DNA from: a virus
Lineage: Duplodnaviria; Caudoviricetes
Direction: 5' to 3' (one strand)
Virus record (IMG/VR): IMGVR_UViG_2700988868_000001
Coordinates: 1-64,000 of that record
Length of the DNA stretch: 64,000 nucleotides
The notes below the pieces were generated by a model, which made no database searches, was not told where the DNA came from, and worked only from the letters and a program-made list of their open reading frames with translations. This document shows positions 55,020 to 64,000 of this stretch, piece after piece. The position numbers were made by a program, and so were the translations under genes. Position 1 is the stretch's first letter. Each line of letters begins with the position of its first letter.

Positions 55020-55919
55020 TTACCCCAATTCGTTATTCAACTTGATGGTTTTCAAGACACCATCCAGAGAAGCATTCTCGAAGCTGGGCGGAGGCAGCAA
55101 GCCTTCGTCAATGGTCTTCATCGTGATCCAGGCATCAGTAAACATCTTGGCTGCCTTGACCTCAGCATCACGCTGATAGCTGGTGATCTGTTGATCATAG
55201 AGCTGCTTCTGCTTACCCGTCAGACCAGTTACCGGGAGGCCGTCAGTACGGGTATCCGTAGTCTGAGCACGTTGGCTTTCGGCCTGTTCAGAAACCATTT
55301 TGTTCTGACTGGTAGTCAACTTGGTAGTCTCAATAGCATTGGCCGTCTGCTCCTTCAACAGAAGGAGTTGCTGAGGCAACATGTTATCAAGCGTGAACAA
55401 ACCAGTGCAGTACGTCACGGATTCGGTAGACAGACGCAGCTTGGTCAAGCCGTAGTTAGCTTTAGCAGTGAGCGCATCGAACTTCATGTTCACGAACTGA
55501 GCCTTGGCAATTGCCAGTGCAGCGCGTTGGTTCAAGATTTGCATCTGAGCCAGGGCAGCTTGGTAGTACGCAGTATCACGTTGAACCAAAAACTGGGTGG
55601 CATTGGACATGGCAGCTGTAGTGAGTTCTATGTACGCACGAACATACTCAGCACCGGAAATACGGTTCTTCTTATACTGCTCATCCAGGTGATTACTGAC
55701 CGACTTCATCAAGTAGTCAAAGGTGCCCGTACCATCAGGTACCCGAGTAGTCAGATCGTCATTGGTCAGACGAGGCACGATAGTAAGTGCCGGGTTGTTT
55801 TCACCCCCCGGCAAATCCCACCCAGGACCGGACATATCAATGTTCGGCACTTCAGTATCTTCTCCCTGCAACAGTGCAGCAAGTAGGGCATTGGCTTCGA
55901 GTTCAGCACCGCAAGACAT
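55020..55919 (-). CDS. N4 gp54-like structural protein
   Basis: MSCGA start; [19 protein letters not shown]...KTIDEG. Confidence 0.85.
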   Translation of the reverse strand: MSCGAELEANALLAALLQGEDTEVPNIDMSGPGWDLPGGENNPALTIVPRLTNDDLTTRVPDGTGTFDYLMKSVSNHLDEQYKKNRISGAEYVRAYIELTTAAMSNATQFLVQRDTAYYQAALAQMQILNQRAALAIAKAQFVNMKFDALTAKANYGLTKLRLSTESVTYCTGLFTLDNMLPQQLLLLKEQTANAIETTKLTTSQNKMVSEQAESQRAQTTDTRTDGLPVTGLTGKQKQLYDQQITSYQRDAEVKAAKMFTDAWITMKTIDEGLLPPPSFENASLDGVLKTIKLNNELG

Positions 55920-55948
55920 AGCGTGCTCCTGTGTTCTTGGTTCAAATA

Positions 55949-55976
55949 GAAACGGCCCACAGAATCTGTGAGCCGT
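55949..55976 (-). terminator. Intrinsic terminator
   Basis: ACGGCTCACAGA-T-TCTGTGGGCCGTTTC on the - strand. Confidence 0.65.
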
Positions 55977-55997
55977 GGATAGGGTAGAGCTTAACCC

Positions 55998-56696
55998 TTA
56001 GTCGTTCGCAAGGCTACCGGCAGCGATCTGCGCCTGGGCCAGACGTTCGATTTCTTCTTCCGTCAGGGGCGGCAGAATCTCCAGGGAGAATTCACGCGCC
56101 CAACGGGTATCGACCTTCGGCGTACCGTTCTTGCCCTTCGAGGTACGAATCGACAGGAACATGCGGTCCTTCAGCATCTGGTAGATGCACCACGGCACAT
56201 GGTAGCCCTCGTCGGACGTTTCGTCGTAGGGGATGTACTTGCGAACCGTGCCGATGTATTCGTTGGCGACGGTGAACACTTCACCCGGCAGGTCTTTCTT
56301 CTTGTCATCCAGGTTCTGGATGCGCAGACGAACCAGCTTCATCTGTTCTTCCACCAGGATTTGGCGGAGGGTCTTGGGCTTGGCCGTCGGCTTCTCGGGA
56401 GCGGCTTCGCCTTGAGCCAAGGGATTCACCTTGAGGGCGGCGTCGGCTTCCGGTGCCGAAGCGGTGGCAGCAGCGGAATCTTGGGCGGCTTGATGGTCTT
56501 CCAGCTTCTTGCGCAGCGTATCCAGGCCGATGTTGTTGGACACGTTCAGGCCCATCAGTTTGGCACGTTGCAGCAGGACGGTCTTTTCGTCGGGCATTTG
56601 CAGGTCGGTGGCCGTGCCTTCGTTGCTCGGGCTGACGGCGGCAGGAGTTGCCGTTTCGTCTTGGCTCGGAGTCGTTTTCAGGTCATTGATGCTCAT
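55998..56696 (-). CDS. N4 gp55-like protein
   Basis: L..RA.LMG...SNNIG...L; KLVRLRI.N.D.KK.DLPGE. Confidence 0.85.
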   Translation of the reverse strand: MSINDLKTTPSQDETATPAAVSPSNEGTATDLQMPDEKTVLLQRAKLMGLNVSNNIGLDTLRKKLEDHQAAQDSAAATASAPEADAALKVNPLAQGEAAPEKPTAKPKTLRQILVEEQMKLVRLRIQNLDDKKKDLPGEVFTVANEYIGTVRKYIPYDETSDEGYHVPWCIYQMLKDRMFLSIRTSKGKNGTPKVDTRWAREFSLEILPPLTEEEIERLAQAQIAAGSLAND

Positions 56697-56724
56697 GGTA
56701 GTTCCAGAGATGTAGATAGAGAAA

Positions 56725-56748
56725 TGGGAAGGGGTTTCCCCCTTCCCT
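56725..56748 (-). terminator. Hairpin downstream of the capsid gene
   Basis: GGGAAGGGG / CCCCTTCCC inverted repeat. Confidence 0.55.
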
Positions 56749-56766
56749 TGGTTCAGACCGTACCGA

Positions 56767-57990
56767 TTAGATCGGGGCGACGGTCTTGATCAGACCCAGA
56801 CGTTCCGGGCGCTTGATCAGGATACCGTAGTACCACTTGATCGAGCTGAAGCCGGTTTCGCCGTAGGGATCGTTGCGATCCGCCGTTTCACGACCCGGCA
56901 TCTTGGTCATGACGGTGAACTTCACGGTCTTGCCGTCGGTTTGGAAGCCGATGGTCGAGAACGAGTCGTCGCCGACAACCAGCATCGGGAACACGTCGTA
57001 GTGCTCGGCACCGTCCTTCATGGACGAACGGTAGCCGGGGTTCGTACCCACGGCAGCGCCAGCACCGGCCCAGTGCAGCATTTCCGGAACCTGGATGATG
57101 CGGAACTTGTCGATGGAACCGACTTCGCCGTTCAGCAGCGTACCGGCATCGCCGTAGTGCTGGACTTCGATGAACGCCTTGTTGCCGAACAGATCCGTCA
57201 TGGCCTTCAGTTCGGGAACCAGTTCCGAGCCGACGTACATGACACGGGTGGCACCGATGACCTTGGTGTCAATCATGCGCGAACCGGTGATGATGGTCGT
57301 CTGCGTCGGGGTGCGGTTGTCCGTCAGGATTTGATCCAGGCGCATCAGGTTCTTGTACGAAACGATGGAGGCCGGAACGGTCACGCCGCCCGTGGTCGTT
57401 TCTTCGCCGGTCACGGTGGCGTCGGAGACGGCAGCACCAGCGTACAGAACCGTACCGGCAGCAGCCAGCAGGTCACGTTGCAGGACGGCTTCGGTCAGTT
57501 GGACTGCCGAGTTCATCAGTTCACGGGACAGGTGTTCCTTCAGGCCATCGTCCGAGTCGAAGTCCAGGGATTCCTGGGTGAACTCGTAGAAGTAGCCGAA
57601 CTTGTGGATCGAACCTTCACGAGCCAGACGGGTGAAGCCCACGCGGTTCACGCGGCCACCGTTTTCCGTCAGCGTCGGCAGCTTGCCGGTGATCGTGCCC
57701 ACGTCCTTGGACGAACCGTACAGGTTGCCGTTGGCGATGGTCACGCCGTTGGCGTCGATACCTTGGCTGTTGATGTTGCGGTCGTCCAGCAGCGGGACGT
57801 ATTCGTAGACCTTGATGGTCTTGCCGAAGTGCTTCGGCATGTTGGTGACGTTGGCCAGCGGCATGAAGTACTGGTCTTTACGCGACGTGATGATCGCCTT
57901 CTTGAGCCAGTAGAAGGTGTTCATCTGGTCGGAACCAGCACCGTCGATGCTCGACTTTTGCCCGTCGCCGGGAGCGTTGTAGTTCAACAT
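56767..57990 (-). CDS. Major capsid protein (N4 gp56-like)
   Basis: [66 protein letters not shown]. Confidence 0.97.
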   Translation of the reverse strand: MLNYNAPGDGQKSSIDGAGSDQMNTFYWLKKAIITSRKDQYFMPLANVTNMPKHFGKTIKVYEYVPLLDDRNINSQGIDANGVTIANGNLYGSSKDVGTITGKLPTLTENGGRVNRVGFTRLAREGSIHKFGYFYEFTQESLDFDSDDGLKEHLSRELMNSAVQLTEAVLQRDLLAAAGTVLYAGAAVSDATVTGEETTTGGVTVPASIVSYKNLMRLDQILTDNRTPTQTTIITGSRMIDTKVIGATRVMYVGSELVPELKAMTDLFGNKAFIEVQHYGDAGTLLNGEVGSIDKFRIIQVPEMLHWAGAGAAVGTNPGYRSSMKDGAEHYDVFPMLVVGDDSFSTIGFQTDGKTVKFTVMTKMPGRETADRNDPYGETGFSSIKWYYGILIKRPERLGLIKTVAPI

Positions 57991-58002
57991 GGTCGTATAC
58001 CT

Positions 58003-59334
58003 TTATGCGCCTTTCGGCACGGGGAGTTTGAGAAAATCATCGTCGCTCATTCCGAGCAAGTTAACGATGGCTTCGGCCTTACGCGGAGCAGCCCGACTGG
58101 GGGATGCCGCACTTGCTTGCGCCCCGTTCGCTGCGGCCGGTTTCGGTGCAGCTACCCGGGTTGCCACCGGAGCTTGGACAGCGGCAGGTGCCGTCGTCGT
58201 TGCAGCGGGAGCAGTTACGTCCTTCTTCGCTTTCAGGTCATCGAAGCCACCATGTTGCATGAGGTGATCGCCGACAGCCTTGTAGGCTTGGAGGAACGGA
58301 ACGTCGGGACCGATCTTGCCGAGGGTCTTCAGATGTTCGATCTCGCCAACGATCCGGTCATAGATACCGGTACTGCGTTGCTCGTTGATCGTGCTCATCA
58401 AACCAGCGGTGTTGAACAGTTCCTGCTTGCTGGCGTCATCCCAGGTCTGGTGGATTACTCCGAGAGTGGCGTTGCCTTCGGGGGTGGACTTCAAGTCTCC
58501 CAGTTCAGCATTGAAACGCACTTCGGCATCCGAAACCCGGTGATTGCCTTCCTTGTACTGGGACGGGGCATCTACGTCGATTTCCATCGGGTCGATACCG
58601 GCATCCTTTACCAACTTCTTGATGGCTTCGGGATTCTTCTTCACCAAGTCAATGGCGAAGGAGAGTTGACCCTCATCCAGCAAGTCGTTGTTCTGAAGCA
58701 TCTGGATCAGCTTCCGGTGCGGAGCAAGCTCCTGCATCTTCCGCGTGAAGTTGGCACCTTGTTGCATTAGGGCGATGGCTTCTTCCGCATTGCGGGCTTG
58801 AACCATCTTCCCGTTAGCCTTGAAGGGAGCCAACAGAGCCTCGTAACCTGCCTTGTAGTCGAAGTCGGCGGGCAGACCGTTGGACTTGGGAGTCTCCGAC
58901 TCCTGCTTGTCCTTGCCTTCACCTTCCTGTACTTGGCCGGTGGGCTTGGAGGCATCCAGTTGAACTTGCTTGCCGTTACTGTCAACTTCAGTTGACGCAA
59001 CTTTACCACCATTTTCTTCTTGTTGAGAAGAAGTGGGGGCAGGTTCAACTTTGTCTTCCGGCTTCACACCGGATTCTTGCTCTTCCAAAGCCGCAAGACG
59101 GGCTTCTTCTTCCTTCACACGCTCGGCTTCAGCTGCATCCAAACGCGCTTCTTCATCGGCTGCGATGCGTTCCGCTTCAGCTTGAGCGGCTGCTTCGGCA
59201 GCGAGTTCTTCTTCGGTCTTGCCCTCTTGGGTTTCCGAGTTGTTCTGAACGGCAACCGGGGGTGCCATATTCAGAATTTCATCATCCGACATTTGGGAAA
59301 TGTCGGAAGCCTGGGTGTTGGCTTCCGTGGTCAT
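58003..59334 (-). CDS. N4 gp57-like protein (scaffold / 'tape measure')
   Basis: MSDDE.L repeats at both ends; PFKANG, LMQ.GAN.T.KMQ. Confidence 0.85.
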   Translation of the reverse strand: MTTEANTQASDISQMSDDEILNMAPPVAVQNNSETQEGKTEEELAAEAAAQAEAERIAADEEARLDAAEAERVKEEEARLAALEEQESGVKPEDKVEPAPTSSQQEENGGKVASTEVDSNGKQVQLDASKPTGQVQEGEGKDKQESETPKSNGLPADFDYKAGYEALLAPFKANGKMVQARNAEEAIALMQQGANFTRKMQELAPHRKLIQMLQNNDLLDEGQLSFAIDLVKKNPEAIKKLVKDAGIDPMEIDVDAPSQYKEGNHRVSDAEVRFNAELGDLKSTPEGNATLGVIHQTWDDASKQELFNTAGLMSTINEQRSTGIYDRIVGEIEHLKTLGKIGPDVPFLQAYKAVGDHLMQHGGFDDLKAKKDVTAPAATTTAPAAVQAPVATRVAAPKPAAANGAQASAASPSRAAPRKAEAIVNLLGMSDDDFLKLPVPKGA

Positions 59335-59359
59335 GGTCTATCTCCGATGGAGTGGTGGA

Positions 59360-59731
59360 TTACTGGAGGTCCAGGCCGTCGATGTCGTCATCCGACGCCG
59401 AGCGAAGAACTTCCAGGTTGGCTTCCAAGGTCGAAATCTTGTTCACCGAATCCGAACCCATACGGTCTTCGACCGCGATCCAGTGCAGCAAGTGTGCACC
59501 AGCCTGGGCTTTGGCCAGGGCGTCGGCACGGGCTTCCGGCGTCAGGGCCATGTCCACGGACATGCGGACATAGCGGGCGCATTCATCGGTGCAGAAGTTC
59601 TGCAAGATGACCTTGCGGAACAACGGACTTTCGACCAGCTTCTTCAGGTCGGAGTGTTCGCGTTGTTGCTTCTTGAGACCACGTAGTTGGTTCTCGTAGC
59701 CTTCGATGTGTTGTTCACGGGTGAGTTGCAT
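59360..59731 (-). CDS. N4 gp58-like protein
   Basis: L...P.FRKVI...F...E.AR.V; position between portal and gp57. Confidence 0.8.
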   Translation of the reverse strand: MQLTREQHIEGYENQLRGLKKQQREHSDLKKLVESPLFRKVILQNFCTDECARYVRMSVDMALTPEARADALAKAQAGAHLLHWIAVEDRMGSDSVNKISTLEANLEVLRSASDDDIDGLDLQ

Positions 59732-59741
59732 GGTCTGCCTC

Positions 59742-62030
59742 TTAGTTCGTCAGCCGGATTGCAGGATTCAATGCCGGGTCCTGACTGGGGTCAAAATTCT
59801 GGGAACCAAGATTAGCAGGGGTACTTCCTTGCGCAGCTTGGTCCCGTTCAATGGTGCTCAAGGGAGCACCGGTGGACTGCTTTGTGAGCGCATTGTAGCC
59901 GATTGCAGCAGGAATGTTGGGGGAACCCTCACCTTCTTTCTTCGGAGCCAACAATGCCTTGGTGACTTGCAGGTCTTGGTTGCCTTCTGCTTGAGCTTGC
60001 TGGGCCTGCATGTTGCGAGCGTGGGTAGTTCCCGACTCTTGCTCCAGGTAGTCCAGGTTCGTCTTGTCAGTTTCAGCAGCCTTCTTGCCAGCATCAGCCA
60101 GTCGTTGTTGTGCTTCAGCACGCAGCTTCTCAACTTCAGCACGGAGCTTTTCCAGTTCCAGTTGACGCATTTCTTCAGCAACCGGATCAGGTTGAGGCTC
60201 GAACGTCTTGATGGCGTGGGACAGCACAGGCATACGCTTGAGCTTGGCGATCTCCGCCAGGATCATCTTGGTGATGCCGAAGTCCATCGTGTTGCCCAGA
60301 GTCTGGAGCATGAACGACAGGTCTTGTGCCTTCTGGTTGTCCACTTCAGCAGTGGCAATGTCCACTTCCAGATCGAAGTTACCCTTCAGGTCTTCACGCT
60401 GAATGGTCACATACTGCTGGTTGGTCACACGCACCACTTCTTCTTCTGAAAGGAAGAGAGAGTTCATGGCGATGATCTTGTTGCCGACTTCCGTCATGCC
60501 CTTGGCAAGACGACGCAGGATGGCCATCTCACGCTTGGAAGACGCATCCAGAACACCACGGATACCAGCAGCCACGTCACCGTAGGCTTCACCAGACACA
60601 CCACCGGCAAAGGACTTCACACCAGTCAGTGCTTCCGCTTCTTGGTTCTGCATATTCAGCATGACCAGAGCAGATTGAGGAAGCTCAGGGAACTTGTGTT
60701 CGATCAGACCTTGGTTCGGGTTCAGAGTCGGGTTGTACTCGTAGTCCTTACCGGCGTCATAGCGACTGCGGTTCAGGGGATCGAGCATGCCCTTGGCGAA
60801 ACCCTGCTGTCCGTTGGCACTGCGACCCAGAAGGTCAATCATGCCACGGGTGACTGCACCCAGAATCTTCTGGTTGTCTTCCAGCAGTTCAGCATCAGGC
60901 TCACCGTACAGTTCCCGCTTCACGGGCATGTAGGGAACCAAGACGAACGGAAGCTTGCCGTCAGGGAACGGGTTCAGTTCCATGCGGATCAAGGTGCTGC
61001 CAATCCAGGTAGCCACGATGGGATGCATGTTCCCGTCGTCGTAGATGTCCCAGAAACCCCAGTATTCGTAGGCCACAACACGCTTGCGCATGCGGTCACG
61101 GAACTGGAAGTCCTGCGGAGTGTTGGTCTCGTGGTCCGGTTCGGTCAGGGGCGAGGCATCATCCCAGACGACTTTGTCCAGGTTCTTGTACCGATCACCT
61201 TCCTTTTCCAGTTCAGCACGGCTCGTTTCAAACGAGACGATGGCGAACATTGCCTTGTCCATGTCGCCCTGGCAGGAGGGGTCAATGGTCACGTTGGCCG
61301 GATTCATGACGTCAACCGTGGGGCGGTTCTCAAGAACCTTCTCCACTTCGATTTCTTCTTCGTCGGTCTGAATGGCGTAGGTGGCCACACCTTCGTCTTC
61401 GTAATAGGCGACGGCTTGCTGGATTTCCTGGGGAGCAGATTCAGCGAATCCACGGGGATTTTCTGCCTTGGCCTGGAGTGCCTGCTGTAGCTGGTCCAGC
61501 TGTTCCTGGCTCTCAATCTGGAAGAACGAGTAGACAGGAGCCTTCTCCTTCACCTTGATCGTGTGACGCTTCCAGCCCAAACGGAGCACGGAAGTGCCTT
61601 CGTCCACGGTTGCACGGACAAAGTCGTCGATCAGCTTGACCCGGTTGAACTTGGTTCGGAATTGCCAGTTCAGCAGCAATTCGTTCTGTTCGGCTGCACC
61701 CTCGTCCTCGAAGGACACAGGAGTCACCTTGAACAGTTTCTCGGAACCAAGGAAAGGTTCACTCAGGGCAGAGTAACGCCACTCCGCCTGACGGCGAACT
61801 AGCTTCGGTTGAACCTGGGAACGGCCCTTCACCACAGGGGGACGAGCCTTTCCCTTGATCTGCATCTGGTCATTCCAGTTTTGGATCTTCGAGATTTGGC
61901 TGTCGTGTTCCTGCTTGGCGTTCTCTTGGTCCAGCTTCAGTGCCTGAATGCTGGGTTCATTCTTCCAGTCAGTCAGCTTTGCAGACTGTGCCGGATCAGG
62001 CAACGGCAATCCAGATTGTTGGTGTTCCAT
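59742..62030 (-). CDS. Portal protein (N4 gp59-like)
   Basis: [47 protein letters not shown]. Confidence 0.95.
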   Translation of the reverse strand: MEHQQSGLPLPDPAQSAKLTDWKNEPSIQALKLDQENAKQEHDSQISKIQNWNDQMQIKGKARPPVVKGRSQVQPKLVRRQAEWRYSALSEPFLGSEKLFKVTPVSFEDEGAAEQNELLLNWQFRTKFNRVKLIDDFVRATVDEGTSVLRLGWKRHTIKVKEKAPVYSFFQIESQEQLDQLQQALQAKAENPRGFAESAPQEIQQAVAYYEDEGVATYAIQTDEEEIEVEKVLENRPTVDVMNPANVTIDPSCQGDMDKAMFAIVSFETSRAELEKEGDRYKNLDKVVWDDASPLTEPDHETNTPQDFQFRDRMRKRVVAYEYWGFWDIYDDGNMHPIVATWIGSTLIRMELNPFPDGKLPFVLVPYMPVKRELYGEPDAELLEDNQKILGAVTRGMIDLLGRSANGQQGFAKGMLDPLNRSRYDAGKDYEYNPTLNPNQGLIEHKFPELPQSALVMLNMQNQEAEALTGVKSFAGGVSGEAYGDVAAGIRGVLDASSKREMAILRRLAKGMTEVGNKIIAMNSLFLSEEEVVRVTNQQYVTIQREDLKGNFDLEVDIATAEVDNQKAQDLSFMLQTLGNTMDFGITKMILAEIAKLKRMPVLSHAIKTFEPQPDPVAEEMRQLELEKLRAEVEKLRAEAQQRLADAGKKAAETDKTNLDYLEQESGTTHARNMQAQQAQAEGNQDLQVTKALLAPKKEGEGSPNIPAAIGYNALTKQSTGAPLSTIERDQAAQGSTPANLGSQNFDPSQDPALNPAIRLTN

Positions 62031-62037
62031 GGGAATC

Positions 62038-62553
62038 CTATTTGATGAGTTCTCGGTCAGCACGAATCTGCGCTGCCAGAGATTTTACTTGCTCGTCACG
62101 GAGTCCAACAGTTGCCCGGAGTTCAGCAACCAATCGTCGGCCCGCTTCAAGAGATCGGTCGAGTTCGGCTGCATGGCGTGCAAGACGGTTTCGCTCAGCG
62201 GCTCCACCTTGGGCTTGACGTTGATATACGTCGGCTCGCCCTTCAGAGAGCCGCACCCGCTCAGCGTACTGGCCAGCAAGGCTATCAAGCTCAGAGCGGT
62301 GGCGTGTTTCAGCATTTGCAAGCTCCTTCTGTACTGCCGACATTTCGGCCCGATGACGTGTTTCAAGATCAGAGTATTCATCTCGCACTTTCTGAATGGC
62401 GAGTAAGTCCTTGTTCTTCTGGGCATCCCATTGTTGTTGTACGTGGGCTTCGCCTGAACTTGAGCCAAGGGAATAAGTACCCCAGAGGGTAAGTGCCGTA
62501 GCAGCTACCACTCCGAGGTACAGCCAACCTTTACTGGGGGTTGGTATCTTCAT
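62038..62553 (-). CDS. Inner-membrane spanin (Rz-like)
   Basis: N-terminal TM helix plus coiled coil; follows the endolysin. Confidence 0.85.
   Translation of the reverse strand: MKIPTPSKGWLYLGVVAATALTLWGTYSLGSSSGEAHVQQQWDAQKNKDLLAIQKVRDEYSDLETRHRAEMSAVQKELANAETRHRSELDSLAGQYAERVRLSEGRADVYQRQAQGGAAERNRLARHAAELDRSLEAGRRLVAELRATVGLRDEQVKSLAAQIRADRELIK
62085..62315 (-). CDS. Outer-membrane spanin (Rz1-like lipoprotein), fully embedded
   Basis: AAGGAG RBS; signal peptide with lipobox LSGC; nested in the i-spanin in another frame. Confidence 0.85.
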   Translation of the reverse strand: MLKHATALSLIALLASTLSGCGSLKGEPTYINVKPKVEPLSETVLHAMQPNSTDLLKRADDWLLNSGQLLDSVTSK

Positions 62554-63163
62554 TGCACGATTCCAGGGGGACGTTACCGATCCGGTTGATGATCCAGCCG
62601 GGAACGAAATCATCCATGTTGATGGACAGGTAGTGGACGGTTTGCTTGCCGTCCATCATCTTGATCACCATCTTGCAGGCCACCACTGCACCGCGTTTCC
62701 GCTGGAGTGCTTGGTATGCCTGGATCGTGGCTGGCCCCACTTTACCATCCGAGGTAATTTTGGGGTAGTCCTTGCCACCACGGGATGCGGAGTTCAGGGC
62801 TTCCTGAAACCACTTCCCAGATCGGGAAGTACCCACGTTGACACCGGCATCCACCAGCTTTTCAGCCACAGCCGGAGAGTTGGGAATGACCAGATCGAAA
62901 CCGGGGCCAGAGACGTAATCCTTCACGTAGATGGATTCGGCCATGGATTTGGTGAGAGATTTCATTCGGCCATCCCAGCCTTGCTCGACCAATGCCTGTC
63001 GATGCTTGGCGGCTGTCGCCGCCGTCACGCCATGATTGGTCTCGCCACCAGGATCAAGGGGGTTGTTGACGTAGCCCCCTTCTACGGCGAACACGGCAGC
63101 AAGGATGGCGGCCACCACCCCAGCTTTACCCTTGTTCGCATACAGGCTTTTTGTGATTGCCAT
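62531..63163 (-). CDS. GH108 endolysin (N4 gp61-like, SAR-type N-terminus)
   Basis: EGGYVN.P.DPGGETN.GVT; DG.VGP.T peptidoglycan-binding motif; N-terminal hydrophobic anchor. Confidence 0.92.
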   Translation of the reverse strand: MAITKSLYANKGKAGVVAAILAAVFAVEGGYVNNPLDPGGETNHGVTAATAAKHRQALVEQGWDGRMKSLTKSMAESIYVKDYVSGPGFDLVIPNSPAVAEKLVDAGVNVGTSRSGKWFQEALNSASRGGKDYPKITSDGKVGPATIQAYQALQRKRGAVVACKMVIKMMDGKQTVHYLSINMDDFVPGWIINRIGNVPLESCNEDTNPQ

Positions 63164-63395
63164 GATCAGTCTTCTTCCAGTTGAACAGTTTGGCCAGTTG
63201 GACGATGGCCCACGCAGTGAGAGCCAAGGAAGAACCATACGGAATCTTCTCCAACAGGTGCTTCGGCAGTGTGAAGAATCCCATTTGCAGGAATTCAGCA
63301 GCAGCAAAGACAAGGCCGCCAAGAGCAGATGTGCTCCATGTGGCTTTCTTTAATCTACAACGCCAGTCTTGTTTTAACTTCCCCCGCCCAGCCAT
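63126..63395 (-). CDS. Putative holin
   Basis: Two hydrophobic segments, basic termini, AAGGAG RBS, upstream of the endolysin. Confidence 0.65.
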   Translation of the reverse strand: MAGRGKLKQDWRCRLKKATWSTSALGGLVFAAAEFLQMGFFTLPKHLLEKIPYGSSLALTAWAIVQLAKLFNWKKTDHGNHKKPVCEQG

Positions 63396-63712
63396 GCGGC
63401 GATCTCCTTGCGAGCAGACCAGATGAAGGTGATGAGACCCCCAGCTACTGCCCAAATCCATTTACCCATGAAACCTGCCCCGACCATCTTGTGTTTGATG
63501 GTTATGAATTCTTCAATAGTCGGTGCCGAATTGGCTAGGCTGGCTTCTACGTTTGCAAGGCGGTGACTGAACCCAGTCATTACCGTGTTGATCTCACGCA
63601 ACATCTCATATTGATTGGCTCGTGTATCCCTATCTCGGTCCGCCATGTCCAGAAAGGTCTTGAGACGTTCCTCCATACGTGCGAACTGAATTTCAAGCGG
63701 CTCGGCACTCAT
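63374..63712 (-). CDS. N4 gp63-like lysis membrane protein (holin/antiholin)
   Basis: AR.EERLK...PTIEEFITIKHK..GAG..GKW.W C-terminal TM. Confidence 0.75.
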   Translation of the reverse strand: MSAEPLEIQFARMEERLKTFLDMADRDRDTRANQYEMLREINTVMTGFSHRLANVEASLANSAPTIEEFITIKHKMVGAGFMGKWIWAVAGGLITFIWSARKEIAAWLGGGS

Positions 63713-63779
63713 ATGCTTAATTCCTGTGTTTGTTGTCAAGATGTTGCTTACGCAGGTTGAATAGTAGCCCATTCATGCA

Positions 63780-63815
63780 AAAACAGACCAGTGGGAAGTT
63801 CCCACTAGTCTGTTC
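63780..63815. terminator. Hairpin/terminator
   Basis: AACAGACCAGTGGGAA-G-TTCCCACTAGTCTGTT. Confidence 0.65.
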
Positions 63816-63835
63816 ATTACATCACTGCTTTTCTA

Positions 63836-64000
63836 TTACATAGTGGGCAATCGGCGCTCCTTCCAGTCAACGTTGAAGACGTGGGAGTTGCCATCCGTCA
63901 TGCGTTGCCATCCGTCCATGATATAGGTACTACCAGCCGGACCCTGCAAAGGAGCGGGGTGCATATAGGCAATATCACCGATCTTCCAAGTACCCTGAGT
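63836..64000 (-). CDS. 3' end of a tail spike/fibre gene (truncated by the window)
   Basis: Hand-translated ...GTWKIGDIAY..P......YIMDGWQR.TDG.SHVFNVDWKE...*; position upstream of the lysis genes. Confidence 0.6.
   Translation of the reverse strand, partial: TQGTWKIGDIAYMHPAPLQGPAGSTYIMDGWQRMTDGNSHVFNVDWKERRLPTM

Overview
This is about 64 kb from the left end of a lytic N4-like podophage (Schitoviridae). All identifications come from motifs and remembered N4 gene order, not from database searches. The + strand (1-39.3 kb) carries a vRNAP hairpin promoter, gp1/gp2-like early genes, two-subunit RNAP II, Ig-domain decoration proteins, an AAA+/VWA pair, dcd, thioredoxin, thyX, rIIA/rIIB, helicase, DNA polymerase A, nuclease, primase, Sak4-like ATPase, SSB and a RuvC-like resolvase. 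The - strand (39.4-64 kb) carries the 3425-aa virion RNA polymerase, ejection and structural genes, major capsid protein, portal, the lysis cassette and the 3' end of a tail gene. Two loci stand out. (1) An 805-nt group I intron (5274-6078), carrying a homing endonuclease gene, sits in motif B of the RNAP II second subunit; its P1 and P10 pairings and in-frame splice product can be read from the sequence. (2) A ~1.38-kb structure-dense stretch with no credible ORF (17735-19110) lies between dcd and thioredoxin. It holds two aberrant tRNA-like RNAs, a circularly permuted (YrlA-topology) tRNA mimic, further T-loop modules and long rod hairpins, and I found no canonical tRNA in it. A Lar-like mosaic gene hints at an Achromobacter/Bordetella-type host, but that is an inference.
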